DNA of 63,760 nucleotides, the filler included. It is 10 parts of 10 records of this genome, joined end to end, with 100 filler letters (N's around TTAATTAATTAA, not from the genome) between each part and the next. Parts side by side here need not be neighbours in the genome. Positions count along the whole stretch, not along the records: positions 16,346 to 24,266 come from SRR31156797_175093; positions 24,367 to 31,356 come from SRR31156797_176129; 8 more parts are not named here. The stretch is one strand, 5' to 3'. The notes under the pieces are model-generated. The model was not told the DNA's origin and did no database searches. It saw only the letters and a program-made list of their open reading frames with translations. Positions 19,901 through 28,287 of the stretch are shown piece by piece. The number at the start of each line of letters is the position of its first letter. Positions within the stretch are counted from its first letter, which is position 1. A program made the position numbers and the translations under genes.

Positions 19901-20565
19901 TTCTGGGCGGTGCCGCGGATGACCGGATGGTCCGGCGACAGGCAGCGCTCGCGGTGCTGACGGATCAGGTCGTGGTCCAACATCGAACGCAGATCGTCGT
20001 CGGTCAGTTCCTCGATCTTGCTGACTTCGTGCGAGGTCCTGAAACCGTCGAAGAAGTGCAGGACCGGAACGCGCGTCTTCAGGGTCGCGGCCTGGCCGAT
20101 AAGAGCGAAGTCGTGGGCCATCTGAACCGAACCGGACGATAGCATCGAGAAACCGGTCTGGCGGGCCGCCATGACGTCGGAATGGTCGCCGAAGATCGCC
20201 AGGGCGTGGGTAGCGATGGCACGGGCGGAGACGTGCATGCAGAAGCTCGTCAGTTCGCCGGCGATCTTGTACATGTTCGGGATCTTCAGAAGCAGGCCCT
20301 GCGACGCCGTGAAGGTGGTCGTCAGGGCGCCGCTCTGCAGGGCGCCGTGGACGGCGCCGGCGGCGCCGGCTTCGGACTGCATCTCGACGACCCGGGGAAC
20401 CGTTCCCCAGACATTCTTCCGTCCATCGGCCGACCATTTGTCGGCATGCTCGCCCATATCCGAGGACGGCGTGATGGGATAAATGGCGATTACCTCATTT
20501 GTACGATGGGCGATCGAAGCTGTCGCTTCGTTGCCGTCCACCGTAATCATTCGCCTTTCCGCCAT
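16981..20565 (-). CDS. nifJ: Pyruvate:ferredoxin (flavodoxin) oxidoreductase
   Basis: YPITPSS, EMQSEAGAAG, two CxxCxxCxxxCP clusters, FSGACAACGET and GGDGWAYDIG; 1194 aa. Confidence 0.97.
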   Translation of the reverse strand: MAERRMITVDGNEATASIAHRTNEVIAIYPITPSSDMGEHADKWSADGRKNVWGTVPRVVEMQSEAGAAGAVHGALQSGALTTTFTASQGLLLKIPNMYKIAGELTSFCMHVSARAIATHALAIFGDHSDVMAARQTGFSMLSSGSVQMAHDFALIGQAATLKTRVPVLHFFDGFRTSHEVSKIEELTDDDLRSMLDHDLIRQHRERCLSPDHPVIRGTAQNPDSFFQMAEARNKFYMACPEVIQETMDRFAAMTGRQYKLYEYYGAPDAERVAIVMGSGGETVEETVNKLVEMGEKVGVLKVRMFRPFSVEHFVAALPDTVKSIAVLDRTKELGAAGEPLYQDVVAALFQAKQTGSLKTDMPVVIGGRYGLSSKEFNAPMAKAVYDEMKKDDPKQEFTVGITDDVTHLSLIPDLTFDAEREGVKRAVFFGLGSDGTVGANKNSIKIIAESTDNYAQGYFVYDSKKAGTMTVSHLRFSPHPIQSPYLVEQAQFVACHQFSFIEKRDMLKFLAPDGTFLLNTPYSKEEIWGHLPRSVQEAIIDKGLNFFVINADQVASEVGMGRRINTIMQTCYFAISGVLPRDEAIAQIKKYVEKTYGIKGKKIVELNFAAIDAALEHLHQVEVPAQATANYDRAPLVPDDAPEFVRDVTARLLEFDGDSVPVSAFPVDGTWPVGTTKWEKRNIALEIPAWEQDLCIQCNKCALVCPHAAIRAKVYEPGKLEGAPDTFKSMDYKGKEFGDGAKYSIQVAPEDCTGCKLCVEVCPGKEKGNPDHRSLAMVPQAPLREKERDNFEFFLELPNPDRAKLRANVKMSQFAEPLFEFSGACAACGETPYVKLMTQLYGDRALIANTTGCSSIFGGNLPTTPYTTNCDGRGPAWANSLFEDNAEFGLGFRLAVDKHHQQACEYVIKLAEKIGGDLAQELVSANQDDESGIAEQRKRVEALRERLKGIEGPDARWLEVISEFLVKRSVWIVGGDGWAYDIGYGGLDHVLASGNNVNVLVMDTEVYSNTGGQASKATNLAAAAKFAMAGKSQPKKDLGLISISYGNIYVASVALGASDAQTVRAFQEAESYDGPSIIIAYSPCGQHGFELLDGASHQKMAVDSGYWMLYRYDPRKLGTGEKPLTLDSKPAKIPLTDFLQTENRFRIIERKDPERFKQLVADAETEQRRRRAVYEKLAELYIPSTEVQTEAAE

Positions 20566-20914
20566 GGGTTAACTCCTCTTTTTTTCACACGTTTTGTTTT
20601 CACACGATAGTTGGCGGGTCACCCGGAATCGTGGATGCCGCATTACTTAATAGAACCAAATAAAAGCCTGGAATTGCAATTGATTATTAATATCCCGCAA
20701 CAAAACTGCATAAGTTAATGATACAAACTAAAAATGTTTCAGCGGGTTTTTCTTCGCACAGAGGGTATACGTGATTCCACCTGCAATGGCAAGACTGTAG
20801 TGACTCCAAATAACCGGATTGTGGGAGCTTTTCCACTTGGTGGATAGCGTCGAAGACTCTGCATGCGAAAGGCAAAACGGCTCCGGTCGCCAAGAACTCG
20901 CAAGGAAAGCCCGG

Positions 20915-21958
20915 TCAGGAATTGCCGATTCTTTTCCATGCCCAGCGCGCCGCCTCCCGGACCAGGGACGAGCCGTCCTCCATCAACGCTTCGATCCGCG
21001 AAAGATGCATCGCATCGCCTGAATTGCCGATGGCGATCAGCACGTTTCTAAGCACCCGGTCGCGCCCGGTGCGTTTGATCGGGGTGCCGCGAAACACTTC
21101 CCTGAACGCGGCGTCGTCAAGCCCGGTCAGGTCGGCCAATCGGGGTGCGGCCAATTCGGCGCGGTCGCGAAAGGCGTCCTCGCTTGTCGGTTGGGCGAAC
21201 TTGTTCCACGGGCAGACCGCCAGGCAGTCGTCGCAGCCATAGACGCGGTTGCCGACGGCATCGCGAAATTCTTCCGGAATGTCGCCCTTGTGCTCGATGG
21301 TCAGATAGGCGATGCACCGCTTCGCCTGCATCTCGTAAGGCGTATCCAACGCGCCCGTCGGGCAGGCATCCACACACCGCGTGCAGCTTCCACACAGATC
21401 GGTCTCCGGCGTATCGGCCGGCAGGTCCAGGTCGGTAAAGACCTCGGCCAGAAACAGCCAGGACCCGAATTCCCGCGATACCAAGTTCGTGTGCTTGCCC
21501 TGCCATCCGATCCCGGCTCGGGCCGCCAGCGGTTTTTCCATGACCGGCGCCGTATCGACGAAGACCTTGACCTCGCACGGCCAGGTCCCGGCGATCCAGC
21601 GGGCCAGGCGCTTGACCTTTTTCTTGACCACGTCGTGATAGTCGCGATTGCGGGCATAGACGCTTATCGACGCCCGGTCCTTCCGGTCGAGCACGGCCAG
21701 AGGGTCGGTCTCGGGGCCGTAGTTGGCGCCGAGTGCGATGACGCTTTTTGCCTGGGGCCACAAATTCTTCGGGTGCGCGCGCCGGGCTTCGGTATCGGCC
21801 ATCCAGGTCATGTCGCCGTGATGGCCGGCGGACAAAAACCTCGCCAGGTTGACGCCGTCGCTCTCGGGCGCCGCGGCCGAGGCAAAACCGGCGGCGTCGA
21901 ATCCCTCGGCATAGGCCTGCACGCGGATGCGGGTTTTGATCAGTTCGGCTTCATCCAT
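20915..21958 (-). CDS. queG: Epoxyqueuosine reductase
   Basis: YARNRDYH, VDTAPVMEK, CGSCTRCVDACPT and YGCDDCLAVCPWN. Confidence 0.95.
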   Translation of the reverse strand: MDEAELIKTRIRVQAYAEGFDAAGFASAAAPESDGVNLARFLSAGHHGDMTWMADTEARRAHPKNLWPQAKSVIALGANYGPETDPLAVLDRKDRASISVYARNRDYHDVVKKKVKRLARWIAGTWPCEVKVFVDTAPVMEKPLAARAGIGWQGKHTNLVSREFGSWLFLAEVFTDLDLPADTPETDLCGSCTRCVDACPTGALDTPYEMQAKRCIAYLTIEHKGDIPEEFRDAVGNRVYGCDDCLAVCPWNKFAQPTSEDAFRDRAELAAPRLADLTGLDDAAFREVFRGTPIKRTGRDRVLRNVLIAIGNSGDAMHLSRIEALMEDGSSLVREAARWAWKRIGNS

Positions 21959-22160
21959 CGCCCGGGTCCGTCGGTTCTCGCGCTCTTTTTTTCCGGCACG
22001 CCGTTCTTTTATTCCGCCGGGGCGGCCGAGTATAGCCCGGCCCGGCCCGGATCATCGACCCCGGCGGCGGCTTCATCGGCGGCCTCTTTTTTAATCAATT
22101 CCAATTATCTGTCTAATCTTTGATCAGCCGGCATCGTCGCCGCGTTCGAACACGCACAAC

Positions 22161-22217
22161 CAACCCATTGAAATTATTGAATTTCCCCGCAGCCCTCCGG
22201 TTGGCACCATGTTTGCG
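22161..22217 (+). promoter_or_regulatory. Sigma54 (-24/-12) promoter with upstream IHF-like site
   Basis: TGGCAC-CATGT-TTGC at 22202-22216 matches the consensus exactly. CAACCCATTGAAA at 22161-22173 matches YAA-N4-TTGATW with one mismatch. Confidence 0.75.
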
Positions 22218-22227
22218 TAGATAAAGC

Positions 22228-22386
22228 CGTGCCGTTGTTTTGATCCCGATTGGTTTTGACGGTTTTTTTTAAACGACATCCGCCGCGCGCCGCCGACATT
22301 GGAGATATTTTTCGAATTCGACAGCCCCGTTTCCTCCCTGATGCCACACGAAACTCGCGGGACGCGTCAAGGCGTCCCGCTTTTTT
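22228..22386 (+). ncRNA. Candidate trans-acting sRNA, suhB/MmgR (alpha-r8)-like
   Basis: Bounded by the sigma54 promoter and an intrinsic terminator, with no credible ORF. It contains TTTCCTCCCT (22330-22339) just before the terminator. Confidence 0.65.
22357..22386 (+). terminator. Intrinsic terminator
   Basis: 9-bp stem GCGGGACGC/GCGTCCCGC followed by T6. Confidence 0.85.
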
Positions 22387-22466
22387 GTTCGAATTGGCTC
22401 TCGCCAGCCCCATATTGGCTGTGATATCCAGCCGCCAACGGACGAAAGCATGACGAAAGACCGGCC

Positions 22467-22958
22467 ATGAAGCTGAAATTCACCGCCCTTTACATCGCCC
22501 TGATCGTGCTCGTGAACTACGCCTTTTCGGTGGTGCCTCTGGTCGAACTGCCGGACGGCACCATGTGGCCGCCGGTGTCGCTCATCGTCGGTTTCGTGTT
22601 CGTGGCGCGGGACTTCGCCCAGCGCGAAATCGGGCACCGGGTCCTGGGCGCCATGTTGATCGGCGTCATCATCAGCTATTTCATGGCCGATCCCTTCGTC
22701 GCCATCGCCAGCGCCGCGGCCTTCCTGGTCAGCGAACTGGCCGACTGGGCTGTCTACAGCTTTACCCGACGCCCCCTGTCACAGCGCATCCTTTATTCCA
22801 GCGCCCTCGGCGCGCCGATCGACAGCATCGTCTTTCTGGGCGGGGTCGGTTTCCTGTCGACGGCCGGGGTCGCCGCGATGACGGCCAGCAAGATGGCGGG
22901 CGCCCTGATTGTCTGGTGGCTGATCCGCCGCCGCGAGGGCCAGCCGGCCACGGCTTAA
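22467..22958 (+). CDS. VUT-family (YhhQ-like) membrane protein, putative queuosine-precursor transporter
   Basis: Hydrophobic; FVARDFAQRE, AFLVSELADWAVYS and IDSIVFL motifs; adjacent to queG. Confidence 0.8.
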   Translation: MKLKFTALYIALIVLVNYAFSVVPLVELPDGTMWPPVSLIVGFVFVARDFAQREIGHRVLGAMLIGVIISYFMADPFVAIASAAAFLVSELADWAVYSFTRRPLSQRILYSSALGAPIDSIVFLGGVGFLSTAGVAAMTASKMAGALIVWWLIRRREGQPATA

Positions 22959-22984
22959 CGTCCCGGCCCACCTATTCCCCGTTC

Positions 22985-23015
22985 GTCATGGCCGGGCCAA
23001 GACCCGGCCATCCAC
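22985..23015. repeat. REP-like palindrome between convergent genes
   Basis: GTCATGGCCGGG-CCAAGA-CCCGGCCATCCAC. Confidence 0.7.
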
Positions 23016-23029
23016 GTCTGAAGGCCGCC

Positions 23030-23344
23030 TCAGGCGATGGCCTCTTCCTTGGTGCCGTCGTGCATGATCGGCGAACCGAATTCGGCGAAGCTGAACAGCT
23101 TGAAGGCGCGTTCGCCGTTGTAATCGAGGATGCGCAGATCGTCGGTCTCGCGCAGGTCGCGGGCGACCACGAAGAAATGTCCGCCGTAGCGCTGCTTGGC
23201 CAGCTCCAGGTTCATCTCGAAGGCGATGAACTTGTCGATGCCCTTGGCCGACAGCTTTTCCAACAGCGCCGGCTCGGTCACCGATTTGTGCGACGTCAGG
23301 ATCACCATGGCGCCGCCGCCGGTGAAGATCATCACGGCATTCAT
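23030..23344 (-). CDS. Hypothetical cytosolic protein
   Basis: Strong RBS AAAGGAGG, GC3-biased 104-aa ORF. Confidence 0.75.
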   Translation of the reverse strand: MNAVMIFTGGGAMVILTSHKSVTEPALLEKLSAKGIDKFIAFEMNLELAKQRYGGHFFVVARDLRETDDLRILDYNGERAFKLFSFAEFGSPIMHDGTKEEAIA

Positions 23345-23562
23345 GATCGGCCTCCTTTCCTTGTCATCAGAACAAGAAGGATCGGGTAAGGCCGGCGCAC
23401 GCGCCGTTCATGCTTGTTTTGTTATTCGAGGTTTTTTGACGCCTGCGACCCTGTCGCCGCGAGCCCGGTCCCATCGCCGCGCCGCCGGTCTTAACGTGGG
23501 GGTATTATAGCATAGAAGGAGGGCGCGTTGGTTAAACCCAAACAAATGCCGAAGTGCCGATA

Positions 23563-23591
23563 TTGACTTTATTCCTATTTTAGGTTATACT
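23563..23591 (+). promoter_or_regulatory. Near-consensus sigma70 promoter with no clear downstream gene
   Basis: TTGACT-N17-TATACT. Confidence 0.55.
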
Positions 23592-23847
23592 GGCACTTTG
23601 CTCTTTGACAAGTTTATCAGGTGATGGATTGGGCGCTTGCGGGGGCGCACGGCGGGTCTGGTCGCGTCTGCTCAGACGCCCGATTTCATTGAAAAAAACG
23701 GCAAAATGACGATTGCGGACGAGTTTGGACGATTATTCGTTCGTGCGAAAACCGGCAACCGCGCGGATTTCCTGGCGTTGCGGCGGAATCGCCGGGCCGA
23801 AATATCGTCATTTTTGGAAGGCTTTCACCCCGACGACGAAATGTTTG

Positions 23848-24132
23848 CACCCCCACCCCGACCCTCCCCCGTCGAGGAGGAGGGAGCAAGAAATACGGCC
23901 GATGCAAGGGCTTCCCTTCCCCCCTTGCGGGGGAAGGACAGGAAGGGGGGGAGCTTCCGTCTTTCTCCTCCTCGTCACCCCCGGACTTGATCCGGGGGTC
24001 TACGACTCGTCATTCCCGCACAAGCGGGAATCCAGGATTAACGCCGTTTCGTGGATCCCCGTGTCAAGCACGGGGATGACAGTGAAGGGTTCCGGCAATG
24101 CACGCATCCCTCTCCCCCAAAGGCGGAGTGGG
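23848..24132. repeat. Cluster of alphaproteobacterial REP/RPE-like palindromes
   Basis: CCCTCCCCC..GAGGG and CCTTCCCCC..GGGGGAAGG units, GTCACCCCCGGACTTGATCCGGGGGTC, and the inverted pair GTCATTCCCG..CGGGAATCCA / TGGATCCCCG..CGGGGATGAC. Confidence 0.75.
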
Positions 24133-24169
24133 ACAAAAGCCGCGATGACGGAAGAGTTGAGGCTTCGGC

Positions 24170-24266
24170 TCAGCCCCGGCCGCGATAGGTCGCCACGCCC
24201 TGGTCGGGCAGCCAGACGCCTTTCGGCGCATCACCGGTCTGCCAGAAGACATCGATGGGAATGCCG
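24170..24266 (-). CDS. C-terminal fragment of an unknown protein
   Basis: [31 protein letters not shown] with typical codon bias; truncated by the spacer. Confidence 0.5.
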
Positions 24267-24366
24267 NNNNNNNNNNNNNNNNNNNNNNNNNNNNNNNNNN
24301 NNNNNNNNNNTTAATTAATTAANNNNNNNNNNNNNNNNNNNNNNNNNNNNNNNNNNNNNNNNNNNN
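24267..24366. other. Artificial contig spacer
   Basis: N44-TTAATTAATTAA-N44. Confidence 0.99.
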
Positions 24367-25202
24367 GCGCGGTTGCACCCGGTTTGATGCTGTCGGGCCT
24401 TTACATCGCCTACGTTACCATCCGGTCCCTGATCAATCCGAAACTGGGTCCGGCATTGCCTGTCGAAGAACGGGTCTCCATGCGCGAAAAGCTGATACTG
24501 CTTCGTGGCATGATCGCCCCGATCATCCTGATCTTCCTGGTTCTTGGATTGATCTTTACGGGCACGGCAACGCCGGTGGAATCGGCCGGTATCGGAAGCT
24601 TCGGTGCCATGCTGGTTGCCGCCATGCACAAGCGTTTGACCTTCAAGGCGGTCAAGGAAGCCTGCTTCATCTGCATGAAGAACTCCGCCATGGTTCTGTG
24701 GATCATGTTCGGAGCGTCGACCTTCGTCGGGTTCTACATCCTGCAGGGCGGCGGCGACTTCGTGTCGCAGATGATCCTCGGCACCGGCATGGGCCCATAC
24801 GCGGTTCTTTTGCTGATGATGGTCATCCTGATCTTCCTTGGCATGTTCCTGGATTGGATCGGCATCCTGCTTCTTGCCGTACCGATCTTCATCCCGATCG
24901 TGATGTCGCTCGAATTCACCGGATTGTTCGGTTTTGCCGGCCCGGCGCCGGCGGACGTCGCCCTGTGGTTCGGTGTCATCTATCTGGTGAACATGCAGAT
25001 GAGCTTCATCTCGCCGCCGTATGGACCGGCGCTCTTCTACATCCGCGGCGTGACACCCAGGGAAATCCAGACGTCGACGATCTTCATGTCGTCACTGCCC
25101 TTCATCGGGCTGCAGGCGTTCGGACTGTTCCTGTGCATCACGTTCCCGGAGATCGTGCTCTATCTGCCAAGGCTGGCCTACGGCGTCGCCGGCGGCGGCT
25201 GA
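24367..25202 (+). CDS. dctM: TRAP transporter large permease, 5'-truncated
   Basis: ATPVESAGIG, LGMFLDW and ISPPYG motifs. Confidence 0.9.
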
Positions 25203-25215
25203 CAACCTTCCACGT

Positions 25216-25255
25216 CGAACGGCGGGTCTTCGATTCGGATCCGCCGTTCGATTTT
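25216..25255 (+). terminator. Hairpin/terminator after dctM
   Basis: CGAACGGCGGGTC/GATCCGCCGTTCG stem followed by ATTTT. Confidence 0.6.
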
Positions 25256-25387
25256 CCAATCCGTCCGGCTTGATGTCCCTTCCGGCGCATTTGGGACGCA
25301 GCACACGGCAAAAAAGGTTCCCTGAACAGAAAAGGGCACCGAACAAGGTATCCGAACGATACCGTCAGTTCCCGATTTCCTGCACTT

Positions 25388-25413
25388 GGCCCCGTATTCG
25401 CGGGGCCTTTTTT
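25388..25413 (+). terminator. Orphan intrinsic terminator
   Basis: GGCCCCG/CGGGGCC stem followed by T6. Confidence 0.7.
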
Positions 25414-25549
25414 CGTTGATAAGCCGAAGCCATCGGGATGCCCGTCTGGAACTGCCATATCCCAATCGAGCATCATGGTCATTAAACGATTGGCAACCCG
25501 TTTGCGCTATTTTCAGGTATCATGAATGCCGATCCTTCGGAGAACACCC

Positions 25550-26014
25550 ATGCGTAAAACACTTATGGCAACCGCCATTCTGTTGCCGTCCCTGCTGTTT
25601 CAGGGCTGTTCAAATATTACCAAGGAGGACACCGGAACGGCTGCCGGAGGCGTGTTCGGCGTTCTGGTCGGTTCGCTTTTCGGCGACGGAGCGGGCAAGG
25701 CGACGGCAATGGCAATCGGTGGACTGGTCGGCGCCATGGCCGGCAAATCCATCGGCCGCGATATGGACGAGGCCGATCGCCTGAAAGCCAACCGGGCGGC
25801 GTTCGCCGCCGCCAACACCGAGACGGCCGAACGGATCCGCTGGTACAGCGACGCCAATCCCGGCGTAAAAGGCTACGCCGAACCGGTTGCGCCGGCCGAA
25901 ATTGACGACGGAGACCTGTGTAAGCAGGTTCGCAGCGTATATGTGATGGAAGGTGAAGAAAAGTCTGTAACGACCCGTTTTTGCTTTAAAAATGGACAAT
26001 GGGTAGACGGCTAG
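25550..26014 (+). CDS. Glycine-zipper outer-membrane lipoprotein (17-kDa surface antigen-like)
   Basis: Lipobox LFQGC, glycine zipper, MDEADR and a C-terminal C...C pair. Confidence 0.85.
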   Translation: MRKTLMATAILLPSLLFQGCSNITKEDTGTAAGGVFGVLVGSLFGDGAGKATAMAIGGLVGAMAGKSIGRDMDEADRLKANRAAFAAANTETAERIRWYSDANPGVKGYAEPVAPAEIDDGDLCKQVRSVYVMEGEEKSVTTRFCFKNGQWVDG

Positions 26015-26628
26015 TTATCGCCATCCTGGTGGCGTTTTTCGGCGGCGGCACAGCCGGTGCCGCCGATCTGGAAATCGTCCTGGGGCGGCATCAAAAAATC
26101 ATAACATTGCAGGGTTCCATCGGTCTGCCGGACGTCGACCGACTTGCCGATGCCCTGGCCATCGAAGCCGACGTTCGCGAAGTCTGGTTCGATTCCCTGG
26201 GCGGCAATCTCGAGGCTGGAATCCGTATCGGCGAAACCATCCGCCTTTATCGCGTTGCAACCCGCATCCGGCCGAAAAGTTCGTGCGCGAGCGCCTGTGC
26301 CTTCGCCTTCATGGGCGGGATTATCCGAATCGTCGATCCCGGCGGCCGCATCGGTATTCACATGGCATCGGGATCCAATTCAAAAGACTACATCGAAGCC
26401 GTTCGTCGCGTATTGACGGATGGCGCAATCCGCGACATCGAGGAACGGGTCCGGGCGGTTATTCAGATCAACGAACAATTCTCGGCCAAGGCGGCACGAC
26501 GTCAGGCCCGGTTTTTGGCCGAAATGGGGGTTTCATTGCGCTTGCTGGATCCGGTTTTCAACACGCCTCATTCCGAAATCCACTGGCTGAGCCACGCAGA
26601 AAACGCGGACTACAACGTCGTCAATTAA
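25999..26628 (+). CDS. Secreted ClpP/crotonase-like-fold protein (COG3904-like)
   Basis: Signal peptide; DSLGGN, CASACAFAFMGG and IGIH motifs. Confidence 0.75.
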   Translation: MGRRLVIAILVAFFGGGTAGAADLEIVLGRHQKIITLQGSIGLPDVDRLADALAIEADVREVWFDSLGGNLEAGIRIGETIRLYRVATRIRPKSSCASACAFAFMGGIIRIVDPGGRIGIHMASGSNSKDYIEAVRRVLTDGAIRDIEERVRAVIQINEQFSAKAARRQARFLAEMGVSLRLLDPVFNTPHSEIHWLSHAENADYNVVN

Positions 26629-26685
26629 GCGCCTAGGCATACGCGGCCGGGCATTGCCGACGAAGCGAACCCGGCGGAATTGTAC

Positions 26686-27993
26686 CTACCAATAGCTCAA
26701 TGCGCCTTCAAACATGGCCCGCAGCTCGTTTTTCTCGATGGCGCGGGCTGCATTGTCGATGACCCGTTTTTGCGGCCAGGCGCGCTCGGTAAGGGCATCG
26801 ATATCCGTCTCGCCGTAGCCGACGCCGGAAAGGCCGTTCGGAATGCCGATCGCCTGCATGATGTCGATCACCCTGTCGGCAAGGATATCGCCGGGCGCCT
26901 TGTTGACGCCTTCGGTCTCGGCGCCGAGCGCCTGCGCCGCCATAAGGTGGCGATCGGGACAGGACGGACCGATAAACCGGAATACCGACGGCGAATTGAC
27001 GATCACCGCCACCCCGTGCGGAACCAGCGGATGATCCTTCGGCCAGCCATCGTGGAAATAGCTCTTGTTCAGTCCGGCCACGGCATAGGACATGCCATGG
27101 GGCAGATTGCAACCGGCCGTACCGAATCCGATACCGGCCAGCATGCCCGCGAACATCAAGCGTTCGCGGCACGCGAAGTCTTCCGGATCGGAAATCGCCT
27201 TTTCAAGGTTTTCGCCGATCAGACGAATCGCTTCGATGCAATTGATATCGCTGAATGGATTCGCGCCCTGGCTCAATGGACGGATCGCCGGATCCGGAGG
27301 CGCCGGACGGTGGGTGTAGGGGCGGGCGGTAAGGGATTCGACGGCGTGGCTGAAGACATCCATGCCGTTTGCGGCGACGACGGGATTCGGCAGGCAAATC
27401 AGGGCTTCGGGATCGACAATGCCGAGGTTCGGTTTGATCCGGGCGCTCGCGATGCCGGTTTTCGCGTTCATCGATTCGAGATCGAATATGGAAAGGCCGG
27501 TGCATTCGCTGGCCGTTCCGAAAGTCGTCGGACAGGCGATATGCGGTTTCAGCGGTGCCGGAGCGTGCAAACCCTTGCCGATCGGAGGATTGACGTAGTC
27601 GAGGAAATCATCGGGCGGATAGGAGGAATAAAGATTGGCCGCCTTGCAGGTATCCATGACCGAGCCGCCGCCGACGCTGACGAATCCGTCGAAGCTGTCG
27701 TCTTCGGCAAACCGGATCGCCGCCTTGAACGACGTATCGGTCGGCTCGATGACCACCTGATCGAAGATCGCGACGGCTATTCCTGAATCCCGCAGGGATT
27801 TCTCGACAGCCGCTACCGCCGGCAGTTTTGCCACCCGCGGATCCGTATAGAGAGCGACCCGGGTCATCCCGAGATATTTCGCATGTGCGCCGATCTCCGA
27901 GAGGGCGCCCGAGCCAAAAGTCTCCTTCGTCGCTTCGAAAGTGAAAGCCTTGTCGCCGCCTTCAGAGGCGGTGAAATACGAACTGAGAGACAT
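26686..27993 (-). CDS. Hydroxyacid-oxoacid transhydrogenase (Fe-ADH family)
   Basis: GGGSVMDTCKAANLY, PTTFGTASE, HGMSY and HPLVPHG; start chosen at MSLSSY. Confidence 0.88.
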   Translation of the reverse strand: MSLSSYFTASEGGDKAFTFEATKETFGSGALSEIGAHAKYLGMTRVALYTDPRVAKLPAVAAVEKSLRDSGIAVAIFDQVVIEPTDTSFKAAIRFAEDDSFDGFVSVGGGSVMDTCKAANLYSSYPPDDFLDYVNPPIGKGLHAPAPLKPHIACPTTFGTASECTGLSIFDLESMNAKTGIASARIKPNLGIVDPEALICLPNPVVAANGMDVFSHAVESLTARPYTHRPAPPDPAIRPLSQGANPFSDINCIEAIRLIGENLEKAISDPEDFACRERLMFAGMLAGIGFGTAGCNLPHGMSYAVAGLNKSYFHDGWPKDHPLVPHGVAVIVNSPSVFRFIGPSCPDRHLMAAQALGAETEGVNKAPGDILADRVIDIMQAIGIPNGLSGVGYGETDIDALTERAWPQKRVIDNAARAIEKNELRAMFEGALSYW

Positions 27994-28287
27994 CCCCGAT
28001 TCCTTCATTTTTTGTTCTTGATCGAAAGAGCTTATTCCACCGCGTTCCCCTTTTGAAGCAGAAGTCTTGCCTACAATGCGCGCCCGCCGTGCGAAAGCCA
28101 TTCCCCCACCAACCCCTCTTAAACGGCGGAAACCCAGTCTGAGAGCGGTTGGCCGAGACTATGTTGCAGTTTGTAACAAAGCCGCGACACATCGTTACCA
28201 ATTCGCTCCGCCGCGTCATCTTTCGGAAACGAGGTCGCTCTACACTTTTTTTCAGACGGGAGGTCAAAGACCGAAAAGGCATTATCA

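Noticed and set aside
16789-20142. 1117-aa plus-strand ORF, and similar long ORFs at 43806-46727, 55250-56821 and 51289-52347
   Set aside because: Antisense shadows of GC3-biased real genes (nifJ, suf, hppA, rho) with no motifs.
20566-20914. FNR box upstream of nifJ
   Set aside because: Only TTGAT half-sites are present, with no TTGAT-N4-ATCAA.
22228-22466. Canonical preQ1-I riboswitch upstream of the VUT gene
   Set aside because: No short GGUUC-loop stem with an A-rich tail was seen. A non-canonical attenuator is not excluded.
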